Below are positions 7,861-17,587 of a stretch of 32,000 bases of DNA, piece by piece; within the stretch, counting starts at the first letter, position 1; each line of letters opens with the position of its first letter. The notes under the pieces were generated by a model. That model had not been told where the DNA came from. It made no database searches and saw only the letters and a program-made list of their open reading frames with translations. The DNA comes from Fibrobacter succinogenes subsp. succinogenes S85 (GTDB taxonomy: Bacteria; Fibrobacterota; Fibrobacteria; Fibrobacterales; Fibrobacteraceae). The position numbers were made by a program, and so were the translations under genes. The DNA lies in NCBI RefSeq assembly GCF_000146505.1, contig NC_017448.1:90001-122000 (forward strand), given 5' to 3'.

Positions 7861-9501
7861 ATGAACACTGCTGAAGTTTTGATCAAGTCCTTAGAAAGTG
7901 AAGGCGTCAAGTACATTTTTGGAATCCCTGGAGAAGAAACTCTCGAACTGATGGAAGCGATTAAAAAGTCGTCCATCAAGTTCATTACGGTGCGTCACGA
8001 ACAGGGTGCCGCTTTTATGGCTGATGTCTATGGGCGTTTGACGGGGAAGGCGGGCGTCTGCCTTTCGACCCTTGGCCCTGGCGCTACAAACCTTGTTACG
8101 GGCGTTGCCGATGCAAACTCCGATGGCGCTCCGCTGATTGCCATTACGGGGCAGGTGGGTACAGAGCGTATGCACTTGACGAGCCATCAATATTTGGACT
8201 TGGTAAACATGTTTACGCCGATTACCAAGCGCAGTAAGCAGGTCGTTCGCCCGGATACGGTGAACGAGATTGTCCGTATTGCGTTCAAGTATGCCGAAAT
8301 GGAAAAGCCCGGTGCATGCCACATCGACTTGCCGTGCAACATTGCCGCTATGGAAGTCGAAGGCGAGGTCGCTCAAACTCCGCTGAAACACCATCGCGAA
8401 AACACCGTATACGCAAGCACCGATGCGATTCTCGCGGCGGGCGGGGTCTTTGCGAATGCAAAGCGCCCGGTGGTTCTTGTTGGCCATTCTGCTGTGCGTA
8501 ACCACGCCTCCGAGGCTTTGCGTGCATTTGTGTCCTCGTCCAAGATTCCCGTGGTCTGCACCATGATGGCAAAGGGTGTAATCCCGACTTGCGAAAAGTA
8601 TTTTATGGGCTGCATCGGACTACCGCAAAGGGATTATCCGAACATCGTCATGGAACAGGCGGACCTCGTGATTGCCGTGGGTTATGACGTCGTGGAATAC
8701 GCGCCTGCCAAGTGGAACCCGAATGGCGACAAGATGATTATTCACATCGATGAAACTCCGAACCATGTGAACAAATTCTATCAGCCCGACGAAGAAATTA
8801 TTGGCGACATCTCCGCATCTCTCGACGCGCTCTGCAGCGTTTGTCCAAACTCCTGGGAACCGGAATGGGCCATGCAAATCCGTGCGATGATGGTGGCTGA
8901 GCATTCGCGTTACGATCACGACACTAGCTTCCCGCCGACACCGCAGAAGGTGCTGCACGACATCCGCCTTGTTCTAGATGAAGAAGACATTCTGATTTCG
9001 GACGTGGGTGCGCACAAGATGTGGATTGCCCGCCAGTACAATTGCGACCATCCGAACACCTGCATTATTTCTAACGGTTTTGCGACCATGGGTATTGCGG
9101 TGCCCGGCGCGATTGCGGCAAAGCTTTTGAACCCCAAGAAAAAGGTCTTGGCGGTCACAGGTGATGGCGGCTTTATGATGAACAGCCAGGAACTCGAGAC
9201 AGCTTACCGCGAACACATCCCGTTCGTGACGCTGATTTTTACCGATGGCGGCTACGGCCTCATCAAGTGGAAACAGGAAGAACGCTACGGCGACAGCTAT
9301 GCGGTCGAATTCACGAACCCGGATTACGTCAAGTACGCCGAATCCTTGCATCTGAAGGGCTACCGCATCGAACGCACCGAAGACTTGCCGAGCACCTTGC
9401 GCGAAGCCTTCCGCCAGGACGTGCCAAGCATCATCGAGTGCCCGGTGGACTACTCCGCGAACATGGAACTCTCGCAATACCTGAAGAATTTGAAAATATA
9501 G
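7861..9501 (+). CDS. alsS: Acetolactate synthase, catabolic AlsS type (ThDP-dependent)
   Basis: 546 aa. ThDP-binding motif is GDGGFMMNSQELET. Recalled similarity to B. subtilis AlsS: RHEQGAAFMADVYGRLTGK, SHQYLDLVNMFTPITK, IGYDVVEYAPAKWNPNGDKMIIHIDE...YQPDEEIIGDI and C-terminal PVDYS. Confidence 0.85.
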   Translation: MNTAEVLIKSLESEGVKYIFGIPGEETLELMEAIKKSSIKFITVRHEQGAAFMADVYGRLTGKAGVCLSTLGPGATNLVTGVADANSDGAPLIAITGQVGTERMHLTSHQYLDLVNMFTPITKRSKQVVRPDTVNEIVRIAFKYAEMEKPGACHIDLPCNIAAMEVEGEVAQTPLKHHRENTVYASTDAILAAGGVFANAKRPVVLVGHSAVRNHASEALRAFVSSSKIPVVCTMMAKGVIPTCEKYFMGCIGLPQRDYPNIVMEQADLVIAVGYDVVEYAPAKWNPNGDKMIIHIDETPNHVNKFYQPDEEIIGDISASLDALCSVCPNSWEPEWAMQIRAMMVAEHSRYDHDTSFPPTPQKVLHDIRLVLDEEDILISDVGAHKMWIARQYNCDHPNTCIISNGFATMGIAVPGAIAAKLLNPKKKVLAVTGDGGFMMNSQELETAYREHIPFVTLIFTDGGYGLIKWKQEERYGDSYAVEFTNPDYVKYAESLHLKGYRIERTEDLPSTLREAFRQDVPSIIECPVDYSANMELSQYLKNLKI

Positions 9502-9510
9502 GAGAACGAC

Positions 9511-9684
9511 ATGGGATACATCAATAGCCTATTTACAGGGCAAACGGATTCATTCGGTGTAGCCGTATCCGAATCCTCACATTTTCTTTCCATTGACAGC
9601 ATCTCGGGGCATCCTGCCGTTTATCGCCATCTGAAACCCTGCGGCAATGTCGATGAACATAAACAGCAGAAAAAGAACTTATAA
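9511..9684 (+). CDS. Candidate small ORF (57 aa), below the ORF-track size cutoff
   Basis: The alsS stop is followed directly by a GGAG RBS (TAGGAGAACGACATG) 6 nt before the ATG at 9511. The ORF reads MGYINSLFTGQTDSFGVAVSESSHFLSIDSISGHPAVYRHLKPCGNVDEHKQQKKNL*. No recognised family. Confidence 0.35.
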   Translation: MGYINSLFTGQTDSFGVAVSESSHFLSIDSISGHPAVYRHLKPCGNVDEHKQQKKNL

Positions 9685-9718
9685 AAAAAGACTCCTCCTC
9701 CATCCAACAATCAAAGAA

Positions 9719-9740
9719 CCGCCGGTAGCAATACCGACGG
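9719..9740 (+). terminator. Candidate hairpin terminator after alsS and the small ORF
   Basis: ccgccggta-gcaa-taccgacgg forms a 9-bp stem with one C/A mismatch. It is followed by the weak U-tract ctctttctgctttc. Confidence 0.35.
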
Positions 9741-9780
9741 CTCTTTCTGCTTTCGCTGCGCTCAAGCAGCAAATGCTCGG

Positions 9781-9826
9781 CTCGGTCATGCCAAAATAAA
9801 TTTTGGCGCGACTCTCGCCTTATGCA
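9781..9826. repeat. Copy A of a duplicated ~45-nt element with a central 8-bp hairpin
   Basis: ctcggtcatG CCAAAAT aa ATTTTGG Cgcgactctcg. Both flanks are identical to copy B. The stem is gccaaaat/attttggc. Confidence 0.7.
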
Positions 9827-9850
9827 TTTGTCTGTTTTTTTTTTCATCGT

Positions 9851-9880
9851 TCAATAAAAAATGGCGGGTCGAAACCCGCC
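9851..9880 (-). terminator. Rho-independent terminator of aspS
   Basis: Minus strand reads ggcgggt-ttcg-acccgcc followed by ATTTTTTATT, about 75 nt past the aspS stop. Confidence 0.8.
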
Positions 9881-9907
9881 ACAAATTAAAGTCGCAATAA
9901 TCTGCGC

Positions 9908-9952
9908 CTCGGTCATGGCGAAATGAATTTCGCCGCGACTCTCGGCTTGCGA
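9908..9952. repeat. Copy B of the duplicated hairpin element, abutting the aspS stop codon
   Basis: ctcggtcatG GCGAAAT ga ATTTCGC Cgcgactctcg. The stem is ggcgaaat/atttcgcc. Two paired substitutions relative to copy A keep the stem perfect. Confidence 0.7.
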
Positions 9953-11746
9953 TTATTTCTTATCAGCACCCTTAGGCATCTGCACGGAGATGTGGATGTC
10001 CTGCAACTGCTGGAGGTCCACTTCACTCGGGCACTGGTCCATCGGGCTAGAAGCACTCGTGTTCTTCGGGAAAGCGATGTAGTCACGGATAGATTCTTCA
10101 CCTTCCATGGTAGCAACAACGCGGTCGAGACCGAAGGCGAGACCACCGTGCGGAGGAGCACCGTACTTGAATGCATCGACGAAGAAGCCGAACTTGGTCT
10201 TCACCTGTTCTTCGGAGAGACCGAGCAAGCGGAACACCTTTTCCTGAACTTCCGGGTTGTGAATACGGATAGAACCACCGCCGATTTCCACACCGTTAAG
10301 AACAAGGTCATAAGCTTCGGCGTTGCAATCCTTGAGGTTGCCACCGAGCATCATGTCCAAATGTTCCGGAAGCGGGTTCGTGAACGGGTGGTGCATAGCC
10401 ATGTAGCGGCCTTCCGTGTCGCTGTATTCGAACATCGGGAATTCGGTAATCCAAACAAATTCACGCTTCTTCGGATCGCGGAGGCCCTTGATACGGGCGA
10501 CTTCCAAGCGAAGCTGACCCATAGCCGTAGCTGCAATCTTTTCCGGACCGGCGATGAAGAACATCATGTCGCCGCACTTAGCGCCAACAGCGTCGCGGAG
10601 TTCGTTAAGTTGTTCGGTTGTGAAGAACTTGCCAACCTGAGTTTCAACTTCGTCATTTTCCTTGACGCGCATCCACACGAGGCCCTTGGAACCGTACTTG
10701 GCAACGTAAGCCGTGAGTTCGTCGATCTGCTTACGAGTAAAGTCAACGCAACCCTTAGCAGCGATACCGCGAATCTTGCCACCAGCGGCAACGCAGTTCT
10801 TGAACACGCCAAAGTTGGACTTTGCACCGATTTCAGACACATCGTGAATTTCGAGGTCGAAGCGGAGGTCCGGCTTGTCGGAACCGTACTTGAGCATAGC
10901 TTCTGCCCACTTCATACGGCGGATGTGACGCGGCGGTTCGAAGTTCCAAACCTTGCCCAAAACTTCAGTCACGAACTTGTCGAACATTTCCATCACTTCG
11001 TCTTGGTTGACGAAGGACATTTCAACGTCAATCTGCGTGAATTCCGGCTGACGGTCAGCGCGGAGGTCTTCGTCGCGGAAACACTTGGCGATCTGGAAGT
11101 AGCGGTCCATGCCAGCAATCATCAAAAGCTGCTTGTACTGCTGCGGAGACTGCGGGAGGGCATAGAACTTGCCCGGGTTCACGCGGGACGGCACGAGGTA
11201 GTCACGTGCGCCTTCCGGAGTGGACTTGCAAAGGCACGGAGTTTCAATGTTTTCAAAACCGTTAGAATAGAAGAAGTCGTACACGGCCTTGAGGAAGCGG
11301 CTCTTGAGGAGGAGCTTTTTCTGGATCCACGGACGGCGGAGGTCCAAATAGCGGTACTGCAAGCGGAGGTCGTCGTTTTCCTTGCATTCTTCGTTCGGGT
11401 CGTTAATGGCCAAGGGAGAAGTGAGGGCGGCGTTCAGGATTTCGAGCTTGTCTGCCTTGACTTCGATTTCACCCGTGGCGAGCTTTTCATTCGTGTTGCC
11501 TTCTTCGCGGGCGTAGACCTTACCAGTCACGTAAATAACGTATTCGTTACGGAGCTGTTCGGCAGTTTTCAAAACATCGGCATTGTAATCCGGATTGAAA
11601 ACGATCTGGGTCTTGCCATACTTGTCGCGGAGGTCAACGAAAATCACACCACCATGGTCACGGCGGCGATCCACCCAACCGGCGAGTGTTACGGTCTGGC
11701 CAACATCTTCCTTGCGAAGCTGGCCGCAGTTATGTGTACGTTTCAT
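9953..11746 (-). CDS. aspS: Aspartate--tRNA ligase
   Basis: Class II aaRS motifs are present: FRDEDLRADRQPEFTQIDVEMSF, GGGSIRIH, GLAFGLDRVV. The start is at MKRTHNCGQLR (ATG 11746); the longer track ORF adds a non-conserved 26-aa extension. Confidence 0.95.
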   Translation of the reverse strand: MKRTHNCGQLRKEDVGQTVTLAGWVDRRRDHGGVIFVDLRDKYGKTQIVFNPDYNADVLKTAEQLRNEYVIYVTGKVYAREEGNTNEKLATGEIEVKADKLEILNAALTSPLAINDPNEECKENDDLRLQYRYLDLRRPWIQKKLLLKSRFLKAVYDFFYSNGFENIETPCLCKSTPEGARDYLVPSRVNPGKFYALPQSPQQYKQLLMIAGMDRYFQIAKCFRDEDLRADRQPEFTQIDVEMSFVNQDEVMEMFDKFVTEVLGKVWNFEPPRHIRRMKWAEAMLKYGSDKPDLRFDLEIHDVSEIGAKSNFGVFKNCVAAGGKIRGIAAKGCVDFTRKQIDELTAYVAKYGSKGLVWMRVKENDEVETQVGKFFTTEQLNELRDAVGAKCGDMMFFIAGPEKIAATAMGQLRLEVARIKGLRDPKKREFVWITEFPMFEYSDTEGRYMAMHHPFTNPLPEHLDMMLGGNLKDCNAEAYDLVLNGVEIGGGSIRIHNPEVQEKVFRLLGLSEEQVKTKFGFFVDAFKYGAPPHGGLAFGLDRVVATMEGEESIRDYIAFPKNTSASSPMDQCPSEVDLQQLQDIHISVQMPKGADKK

Positions 11747-11897
11747 GGTTGTATCCTTGAAGATTATTTTTCGGCGGGAAATATAGCATTTTTTATAGGA
11801 ATGGGGGAGGAAAGCCCCCCGCAACGCCCCCGAAAGTCCTATTGAAAAAGAACTATCAAATAATATATTGGATATTGAATAACGTTTGAGTTTTGCT

Positions 11898-12482
11898 TTA
11901 CATGAACTTCGCTACGATCCTATATTCAACACCGTGTCTGCGATACGCACCTCGCATGTAGTATACGACAGTAGGTCTCGTTGTTCCGTCTGAGAGTTTG
12001 GCTGTTCCGTAATACGTGTTGCCGTTGTGTCTGTCGATGTCTACTCCTGTGCATTTTATTAGTGCATAGTTTAACAAGTTTCCGTTAAGACTAGCTATGG
12101 CTTCGTCTTCTATCCAGCCGTATTTATCTGTTGTGTACCCCGAAATGAGTGCTGCCAGAATTCCGGCGCAGAGTAAGATTACGCCTGTAATGCGCAGTTT
12201 TCCCTTATTGGGTTTATCTTCAGTTCCTTTGAAAAAATTGGAACATTGCATATATAATAGGGTCATGGCGGATAATACGATTATGCCGGAAATGTATGCG
12301 TCCACAACTTTAATCAAATTGAAATCGATGTATATGTGGTTCCATACGGGCCTAATAAAAATGGCAATTACGACGATGTAGATGACGGATAAAAAGAGAG
12401 GTCCTGCTGGGTTCTTATTGAACTTTTCACAGCATTCCTTGGCCTCTTGAATCTTTTCTGCTTCGCTTTTTTCTTTGCGCAT
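11898..12482 (-). CDS. Hypothetical membrane protein (about 3 TM helices plus C-terminal soluble domain)
   Basis: 194-aa ORF with an AAAGGAA RBS. Hydrophobic segments include LFLSVIYIVVIAIFI, ISGIIVLSAMTLLYM and ITGVILLCAGILAALI. It is AT-richer than its neighbours. No recognised family. Confidence 0.6.
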   Translation of the reverse strand: MRKEKSEAEKIQEAKECCEKFNKNPAGPLFLSVIYIVVIAIFIRPVWNHIYIDFNLIKVVDAYISGIIVLSAMTLLYMQCSNFFKGTEDKPNKGKLRITGVILLCAGILAALISGYTTDKYGWIEDEAIASLNGNLLNYALIKCTGVDIDRHNGNTYYGTAKLSDGTTRPTVVYYMRGAYRRHGVEYRIVAKFM

Positions 12483-12518
12483 GTAAATTCCTTTTGGAGT
12501 ATATAAAATACGATTTTA

Positions 12519-12564
12519 TTTCCAATTTTGTAAAGCGTTTTCCATTTCTTGGAACGGTTTTCCA
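12519..12564. promoter_or_regulatory. Three TTTCCA (TGGAAA) direct repeats at exact 20-bp spacing in a divergent intergenic region
   Basis: TTTCCA occurs at 12519-12524, 12539-12544 and 12559-12564, with contexts ttaTTTCCAatt, cgtTTTCCAttt and ggtTTTCCAcct. Confidence 0.35.
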
Positions 12565-12735
12565 CCTTTTGTCGCTCCTTTTGGTCTTTTTATCCTCCAA
12601 TTGTGCAAGTAAACAATATTTTCGCAATTTTTTGTCGATTTTCTTGTCTTTTTCCAAATTTTCCTAGTATATTCTTTTCTGTGTTTAATAAAAATGCCCT
12701 TGAAAGGGGTGTTTTGGTTCAATTTGGAGATTTAA

Positions 12736-13338
12736 ATGGCAGAAGATTTGCAAGCCCTTATGGAACGCATCCAGAAGGATGCTGTCGAAAAGGCAGAACT
12801 CGCAGCAGCAGATATTATTTCTAAGGCAAAGGACAAGGCGGCCGAAATTGTCAGGGCTGCCGAAGACGAAGCCAAAGCAAAACTCGAAAACGCCGATAAG
12901 GAAGCACAAGCATTTACAGAACGCAGCGAACGCACTTTGGAACAGTCCGCTCGCGATTTGCTCCTCTCGGTGGGCAAGAACCTCGAAAAGATGATTCTTG
13001 ATCTTCTCAGCCTCCAGATTGACAAGTCTCTCGATGAATCAACCGTGAAGAACATGCTCCTCACGGTTGCAAAGAGCTACACCTCCGACATCGAAATCAA
13101 CTTCTCCGAAGCCGATGCCAAGGCCCTCACGAGCTTTGTGATGGGCGAGTTTGCAAAGCAGCTCAAGGCTGGCGTCAAGGTCGAAAGCGACAAGGGCGTC
13201 AAGTTTGGTTTCCGCGTCAAGCTCGATGGCGGCAAGGTCAGCCACGAATTTACAGAACAGGCAATGGCGGAATCTCTTTCTGCCTTGCTCAGACCGCAAC
13301 TTGCAAAGATTGTAAACAAGGCCGCCCAGGGCAAATAA
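12736..13338 (+). CDS. atpE: V-type ATP synthase subunit E
   Basis: 200 aa. Charged coiled-coil N-terminus (MAEDLQALMERIQKDAVEKAELAAADIISKAKDKAAEIVRAAEDEAKAK). First gene of the V-ATPase operon. GGAG RBS. Confidence 0.85.
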   Translation: MAEDLQALMERIQKDAVEKAELAAADIISKAKDKAAEIVRAAEDEAKAKLENADKEAQAFTERSERTLEQSARDLLLSVGKNLEKMILDLLSLQIDKSLDESTVKNMLLTVAKSYTSDIEINFSEADAKALTSFVMGEFAKQLKAGVKVESDKGVKFGFRVKLDGGKVSHEFTEQAMAESLSALLRPQLAKIVNKAAQGK

Positions 13339-13347
13339 GGCGGTCCA

Positions 13348-13884
13348 ATGAGCAGTCCAGCATATTTGATGGCATCGCTTCCGATGCTAGAACTGGGCGA
13401 CGTTCCGCCCCTTAGCATGGCCGAGTTCCGTGGCCGTTGCGAAGGTGTGCTGGATGCCCCAGAACTCGAAGCGCTCGACGCCCTTTTAGCGGGCGAAGAG
13501 AGCGATGATGAATTTGTTAGGGAATACCAGTCCCGCGAAACCCAGATGAGAAATGTTTCAGGTAGGCTCCGCGCCCAGGCGTGGGGCCCTGAAGTGCGTT
13601 TTGCGGAACGTTCATTCTCTGGTTATGACGTCACCTTTGCGAAGATGATCCAGGACGCGTTCATGAAGTCAAATCCGCTTGAAAAGGAACAGGATATCGA
13701 CCGCGCCCGTTTTTGGCTTGTGGATAGCCTTGCCGGTGTAGGCGAGGGGACCATCAAGCACGTCTACGCCTATGCGATTAAGCTTAGAATCTGCGAGCGT
13801 TGGGCTCGCTTGAACGATATCGCAGGCGACAAGGCCGTCATCAATATTATTAATGAAAACGATCCTGCTTACAGGCAGGAATGA
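13348..13884 (+). CDS. DUF2764 family protein (V-ATPase-associated, Bacteroidetes-type operon component)
   Basis: 178 aa. The N-terminus SPAYLMASLPMLELGDVPPLSMAEF matches the DUF2764 opening pattern. Its position between E and A matches Bacteroidetes V-ATPase operons. Confidence 0.75.
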   Translation: MSSPAYLMASLPMLELGDVPPLSMAEFRGRCEGVLDAPELEALDALLAGEESDDEFVREYQSRETQMRNVSGRLRAQAWGPEVRFAERSFSGYDVTFAKMIQDAFMKSNPLEKEQDIDRARFWLVDSLAGVGEGTIKHVYAYAIKLRICERWARLNDIAGDKAVINIINENDPAYRQE

Positions 13885-13901
13885 GTGGAGGTCCATTTTC
13901 A

Positions 13902-15659
13902 ATGGCTAGTATCGGAAAAATAACCGGCGTGAACGGAAACCTGATTCGTGTCAAGTTTGAAAGCGCCGTTTCCCAGAACGAAGTGGCTTATGCAAAGCTC
14001 ATTTCGAAGAACGAAGCAGGTAAGACAGAAATCATCCCCCTTAAGAGCGAAGTGATTCGTATCCGTGGTGATTACGCTGAACTCCAGGTGTTCGAAGATA
14101 CGACTGGCCTCAAGGCTGGCGACGAAGTCGAATTTACGGGTGAACTTCTTTCTGTTGAACTTGGTCCGGGTCTCCTTACTCAAGTTTTTGATGGTCTTCA
14201 GAACCCGCTGCCGAAGCTCGCTGACGAATGCGGCTTCTTCCTCCAGCGCGGTAAATATTTGAAGGCTCTCCCGCGCGATAAGAAGTGGGCTTTTACTCCG
14301 GTCGCTAAGGCTGGCGATGTGGTTGTCGCTGGTGATACGCTCGGTACGGTTCCGGAAGGTGTTTTCTCGCACCGCATCATGGTGCCGTTCAAGCTCCTTG
14401 GCAAGTGGACTGTGGATTACATCACGACTGCCGGTGACCGCGTTGTCGAAGATGTTGTCGCAAAGCTCAAGAACGATAAGGGCGAAACTGTCGATGTGAC
14501 GATGGTGCAGACCTGGCCGGTCAAGATGCCGATTAAGGCATTCGAAGAACGCTTGCGCCCCTCCAAGCCGCTCACTATGCAGCAGCGTATTATCGATACG
14601 TTCTTCCCTGTGATGCAGGGCGGTACGTTCTGTACGCCGGGCCCGTTCGGTGCCGGTAAGACCGTGCTCCAGCAGCTTATGAGCCGTTATGCCGACGTGG
14701 ACATCGTGATTTTGGCCGCTTGCGGTGAACGTGCTGGTGAAGTGGTGGAAACCCTTCGCGAATTCCCGGAATTGATTGACCCGCGTACGGGCAAGTCCTT
14801 GATGGAACGTACGCTTATCATTTGTAACACGTCTTCGATGCCGGTGGCAGCTCGTGAAGCTTCCGTTTATACCGGCGTGACGCTCGCTGAATACTATCGC
14901 CAGATGGGCCTCAACGTGCTCCTCCTCGCTGACTCTACTTCCCGTTGGGCTCAGGCCTTGCGTGAAATGAGTGGCCGTTTGGAAGAAATTCCGGGCGAAG
15001 AAGCATTCCCGGCTTACCTCGAATCTGTGATCGCATCCTTCTACGAACGCGGTGGCGTTGTCCGCCTCAAGGACGGTTCGACCGGCTCCGTGACGATTTG
15101 CGGTTCCGTGTCTCCGGCAGGTGGTAACTTCGAAGAACCGGTGACCCAGGCTACCTTGAAGGTGGTGGGCGCATTCCTCGGCCTTTCCCGTGAACGTTCT
15201 GACCAGCGCCGCTTCCCGGCAATCCACCCGTTGGATTCCTGGTCCAAGTACGAAGGCATTATCGATTCCAAGAAGGTCGCTCAGGCCCGTTCTATCCTCG
15301 CTAATGGCGTGGACGTGAACAACATGATGAAGGTTGTGGGCGAAGAAGGTACTTCGATCGAAGACTTCATTGTTTATCTGAAATCTGAATATCTTGATGC
15401 CGTTTATCTGCAGCAGGACGCCTATAACGAAATCGACGCCGCTTGCTCTGCAGAACGTCAAAAGTACGTGTTCGACAAGATTTACACCATCCTCATGACG
15501 CCGATGACGTTTACCGAAAAGGATGTCGCCCGTACGTTCTTCCTCAAGCTCACGCAGGCTACCAAGGACTGGAACCGTGTGGCGTTTGACTCTCAGGAAT
15601 TCAAGGATCTCGAATCCAGTATTTTTGCTTCCGTAAAGGAGGTTTCTGCTAATGCATAA
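13902..15659 (+). CDS. atpA: V-type ATP synthase catalytic subunit A
   Basis: Walker A is GPFGAGKTV. The start is chosen at [17 protein letters not shown] with an upstream GGAGG. An alternative ATG at 13881 overlaps the upstream stop as ATGA. Confidence 0.93.
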   Translation: MASIGKITGVNGNLIRVKFESAVSQNEVAYAKLISKNEAGKTEIIPLKSEVIRIRGDYAELQVFEDTTGLKAGDEVEFTGELLSVELGPGLLTQVFDGLQNPLPKLADECGFFLQRGKYLKALPRDKKWAFTPVAKAGDVVVAGDTLGTVPEGVFSHRIMVPFKLLGKWTVDYITTAGDRVVEDVVAKLKNDKGETVDVTMVQTWPVKMPIKAFEERLRPSKPLTMQQRIIDTFFPVMQGGTFCTPGPFGAGKTVLQQLMSRYADVDIVILAACGERAGEVVETLREFPELIDPRTGKSLMERTLIICNTSSMPVAAREASVYTGVTLAEYYRQMGLNVLLLADSTSRWAQALREMSGRLEEIPGEEAFPAYLESVIASFYERGGVVRLKDGSTGSVTICGSVSPAGGNFEEPVTQATLKVVGAFLGLSRERSDQRRFPAIHPLDSWSKYEGIIDSKKVAQARSILANGVDVNNMMKVVGEEGTSIEDFIVYLKSEYLDAVYLQQDAYNEIDAACSAERQKYVFDKIYTILMTPMTFTEKDVARTFFLKLTQATKDWNRVAFDSQEFKDLESSIFASVKEVSANA

Positions 15660-16953
15660 TGTTGCTTACCATCGTATTGAACGCATTGCCGGTTCTGTGA
15701 TTACTTTGAGAGCCGAAGGCGTTGCAAACCAGGAACTGGCTCAGGTGACGAGCTCTTTCGGTACTTCTCTTGCCCGTGTGATCCGCATTGACGGTGACCT
15801 CGTGGACTTGCAGGTCTTTGCAGGTGCCCGTGGTATTTCCACGGACTCCGAAGTGCGATTCCTCGGTGAACCGATGAAGGTTCCGTACAGTGAAGCCTTG
15901 CTTGGCCGCGTGTTTAACGGTGCCGGCAAGCCGCGTGATAACGGCCCGGAAGTCGATGGCGAACGCATCACGATTGGCGGTCCCTCTGTGAACCCTGCTA
16001 AGCGTATCATTCCGAAGACGATGGTGCGTACGGGTATCCCGATGATTGACGTGTTTAACACGCTCGTCGTTTCGCAGAAGCTCCCGATTTTCTCGATTGC
16101 AGGTGAACCCTACAACGAACTTTTGGCACGTATCGCCTTGCAGGCTGAAGTCGACGTGATTATCCTCGGCGGCATGGGCCTCAAGCACGATGACTACCTC
16201 TATCTCAAGGATTACCTCGAAAAGAACGGTGCTCTTTCCCGTACGGTGATGTTCATGCATACCGCATCTGACCCGATTGTGGAATGCTTGCTCGTTCCGG
16301 ATGCATCTTTGGCTGTTGCTGAAAAGTTTGCAACCGAAGGCAAGAACGTGCTCGTGCTCCTCACGGACATGACGAACTTTGCCGACGCCATGAAGGAAAT
16401 CGCTATTACGATGGAACAGATTCCGTCAAACCGTGGTTATCCTGGCGACCTTTACTCTCAGCTCGCAAGCCGTTACGAAAAGGCTGTGGACTTTAGCGAT
16501 GCTGGTTCTATCACGATTTTGGCTGTGACCACTATGCCGGGCGACGACGTGACGCACCCGGTTCCGGACAACACGGGTTACATTACCGAAGGTCAGTTCT
16601 ACTTGCGCAAGGGCCGTATCGAACCGTTCGGTTCTTTGAGCCGCCTTAAGCAGCAGGTGAACGGCAAGACCCGTAGCGACCACCGTACCATCATGAACAC
16701 CATGATTCAGCTGTACGCGAGTTACAAGGAAACCTTGGAAAAGCAATCCATGGGCTTCAACATGAGCAACTGGGACCAGAAGCTGTTGAAGTACGGCGTA
16801 CGCTTCGAAAAGGAAATGATGGACCTTTCTGTGAACATCCCTCTTGAAAAGGCTTTGGATCTCGGATGGGAAATCCTCGCCGATTGCTTCACTCCTGAAG
16901 AAACCGGTATCCCCACCAAGATGATCAATCAGTACTGGCCGAAGAAGTGGTAA
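15652..16953 (+). CDS. atpB: V-type ATP synthase subunit B
   Basis: 433 aa. A/B-family fold without a canonical P-loop. Recognisable segments are [19 protein letters not shown] and [29 protein letters not shown]. It overlaps atpA by 8 nt. Confidence 0.93.
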   Translation: MHNVAYHRIERIAGSVITLRAEGVANQELAQVTSSFGTSLARVIRIDGDLVDLQVFAGARGISTDSEVRFLGEPMKVPYSEALLGRVFNGAGKPRDNGPEVDGERITIGGPSVNPAKRIIPKTMVRTGIPMIDVFNTLVVSQKLPIFSIAGEPYNELLARIALQAEVDVIILGGMGLKHDDYLYLKDYLEKNGALSRTVMFMHTASDPIVECLLVPDASLAVAEKFATEGKNVLVLLTDMTNFADAMKEIAITMEQIPSNRGYPGDLYSQLASRYEKAVDFSDAGSITILAVTTMPGDDVTHPVPDNTGYITEGQFYLRKGRIEPFGSLSRLKQQVNGKTRSDHRTIMNTMIQLYASYKETLEKQSMGFNMSNWDQKLLKYGVRFEKEMMDLSVNIPLEKALDLGWEILADCFTPEETGIPTKMINQYWPKKW

Positions 16954-16954
16954 T

Positions 16955-17587
16955 ATGGCTAAGGTCAAGTTAACTAAAAACGCCCTCAAGGCGGAACGTG
17001 ACGCACTGAAGCGCTTCCAACGCTATCTGCCGACGTTGCTTTTAAAGAAGCAGCAGCTGCAGATGGAAATGCGTACGCTCCAGGAGAAGGTGATGGCGAA
17101 ACGCGAAGAAGAGGATAAGCTCCGCAAGAGTATGGCTTCGTGGATTTCGCTTTTTGCCGACCCCATTGAGTGGAAAAACTATCTCTCGGTGAAGAGTGTC
17201 GAACAGGGCGAGGGTAACATTGCCGGCGTGAAAATTCCGACGTTTAGCGGCGTGGAATTCAACGTGAACATTCCGGACTTCTTTACGACTCCGGTGTGGC
17301 TCGACGATGGTATCCGCAGCTTGCAAGGTTTGATTTCCTTGCGCTTGGAACGCCGCGTGCTCGAAAAGCAGTACGAACTCCTTTCGAAGGAACTGCGTAC
17401 CACGAGCCAGCGTGTGAACCTGTTCGAAAAGGTGAAAATTCCCGAGTCTAAGGATAACATCCGCAAAATCAATATCTTCTTGGGTGACCAGCAGACAAGC
17501 GGTGTGGCCCGTAGTAAGCTTGCAAAGGGCAAGGCTACGGCTAAGGCGCTTGCACTTGACGCCCAGAGTAAGGAGGTTGCCGCATGA
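16955..17587 (+). CDS. atpD: V-type ATP synthase subunit D
   Basis: 210 aa. The N-terminus KLTKNALKAERDALKRFQRYLPTLLLKKQQL is typical of the central-stalk D subunit. Confidence 0.88.
   Translation: MAKVKLTKNALKAERDALKRFQRYLPTLLLKKQQLQMEMRTLQEKVMAKREEEDKLRKSMASWISLFADPIEWKNYLSVKSVEQGEGNIAGVKIPTFSGVEFNVNIPDFFTTPVWLDDGIRSLQGLISLRLERRVLEKQYELLSKELRTTSQRVNLFEKVKIPESKDNIRKINIFLGDQQTSGVARSKLAKGKATAKALALDAQSKEVAA

Noticed and set aside
9533-9847. 104-aa minus-strand ORF in the alsS-aspS intergenic region
   Set aside because: It is Arg/Cys/Ser-rich with a non-protein-like composition. It spans the hairpin repeat and the T10 run and has no RBS. The region is better explained by terminators and structured repeats.
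11790-11840. G5/C5-rich hairpin (gggggaggaaagcccccc) between the hypothetical gene at 11898 and aspS as a terminator
   Set aside because: No U-tract follows it on the relevant (minus) strand. It may have some function, but the evidence is too weak to call.
9923-11845. 640-aa ORF on the + strand covering the whole aspS locus
   Set aside because: It is antisense to an unmistakable aspS carrying class II motifs 2 and 3. Its translation is V/H/E/F/R-rich with no recognisable motif. This is a typical shadow ORF opposite a highly expressed, codon-biased gene.
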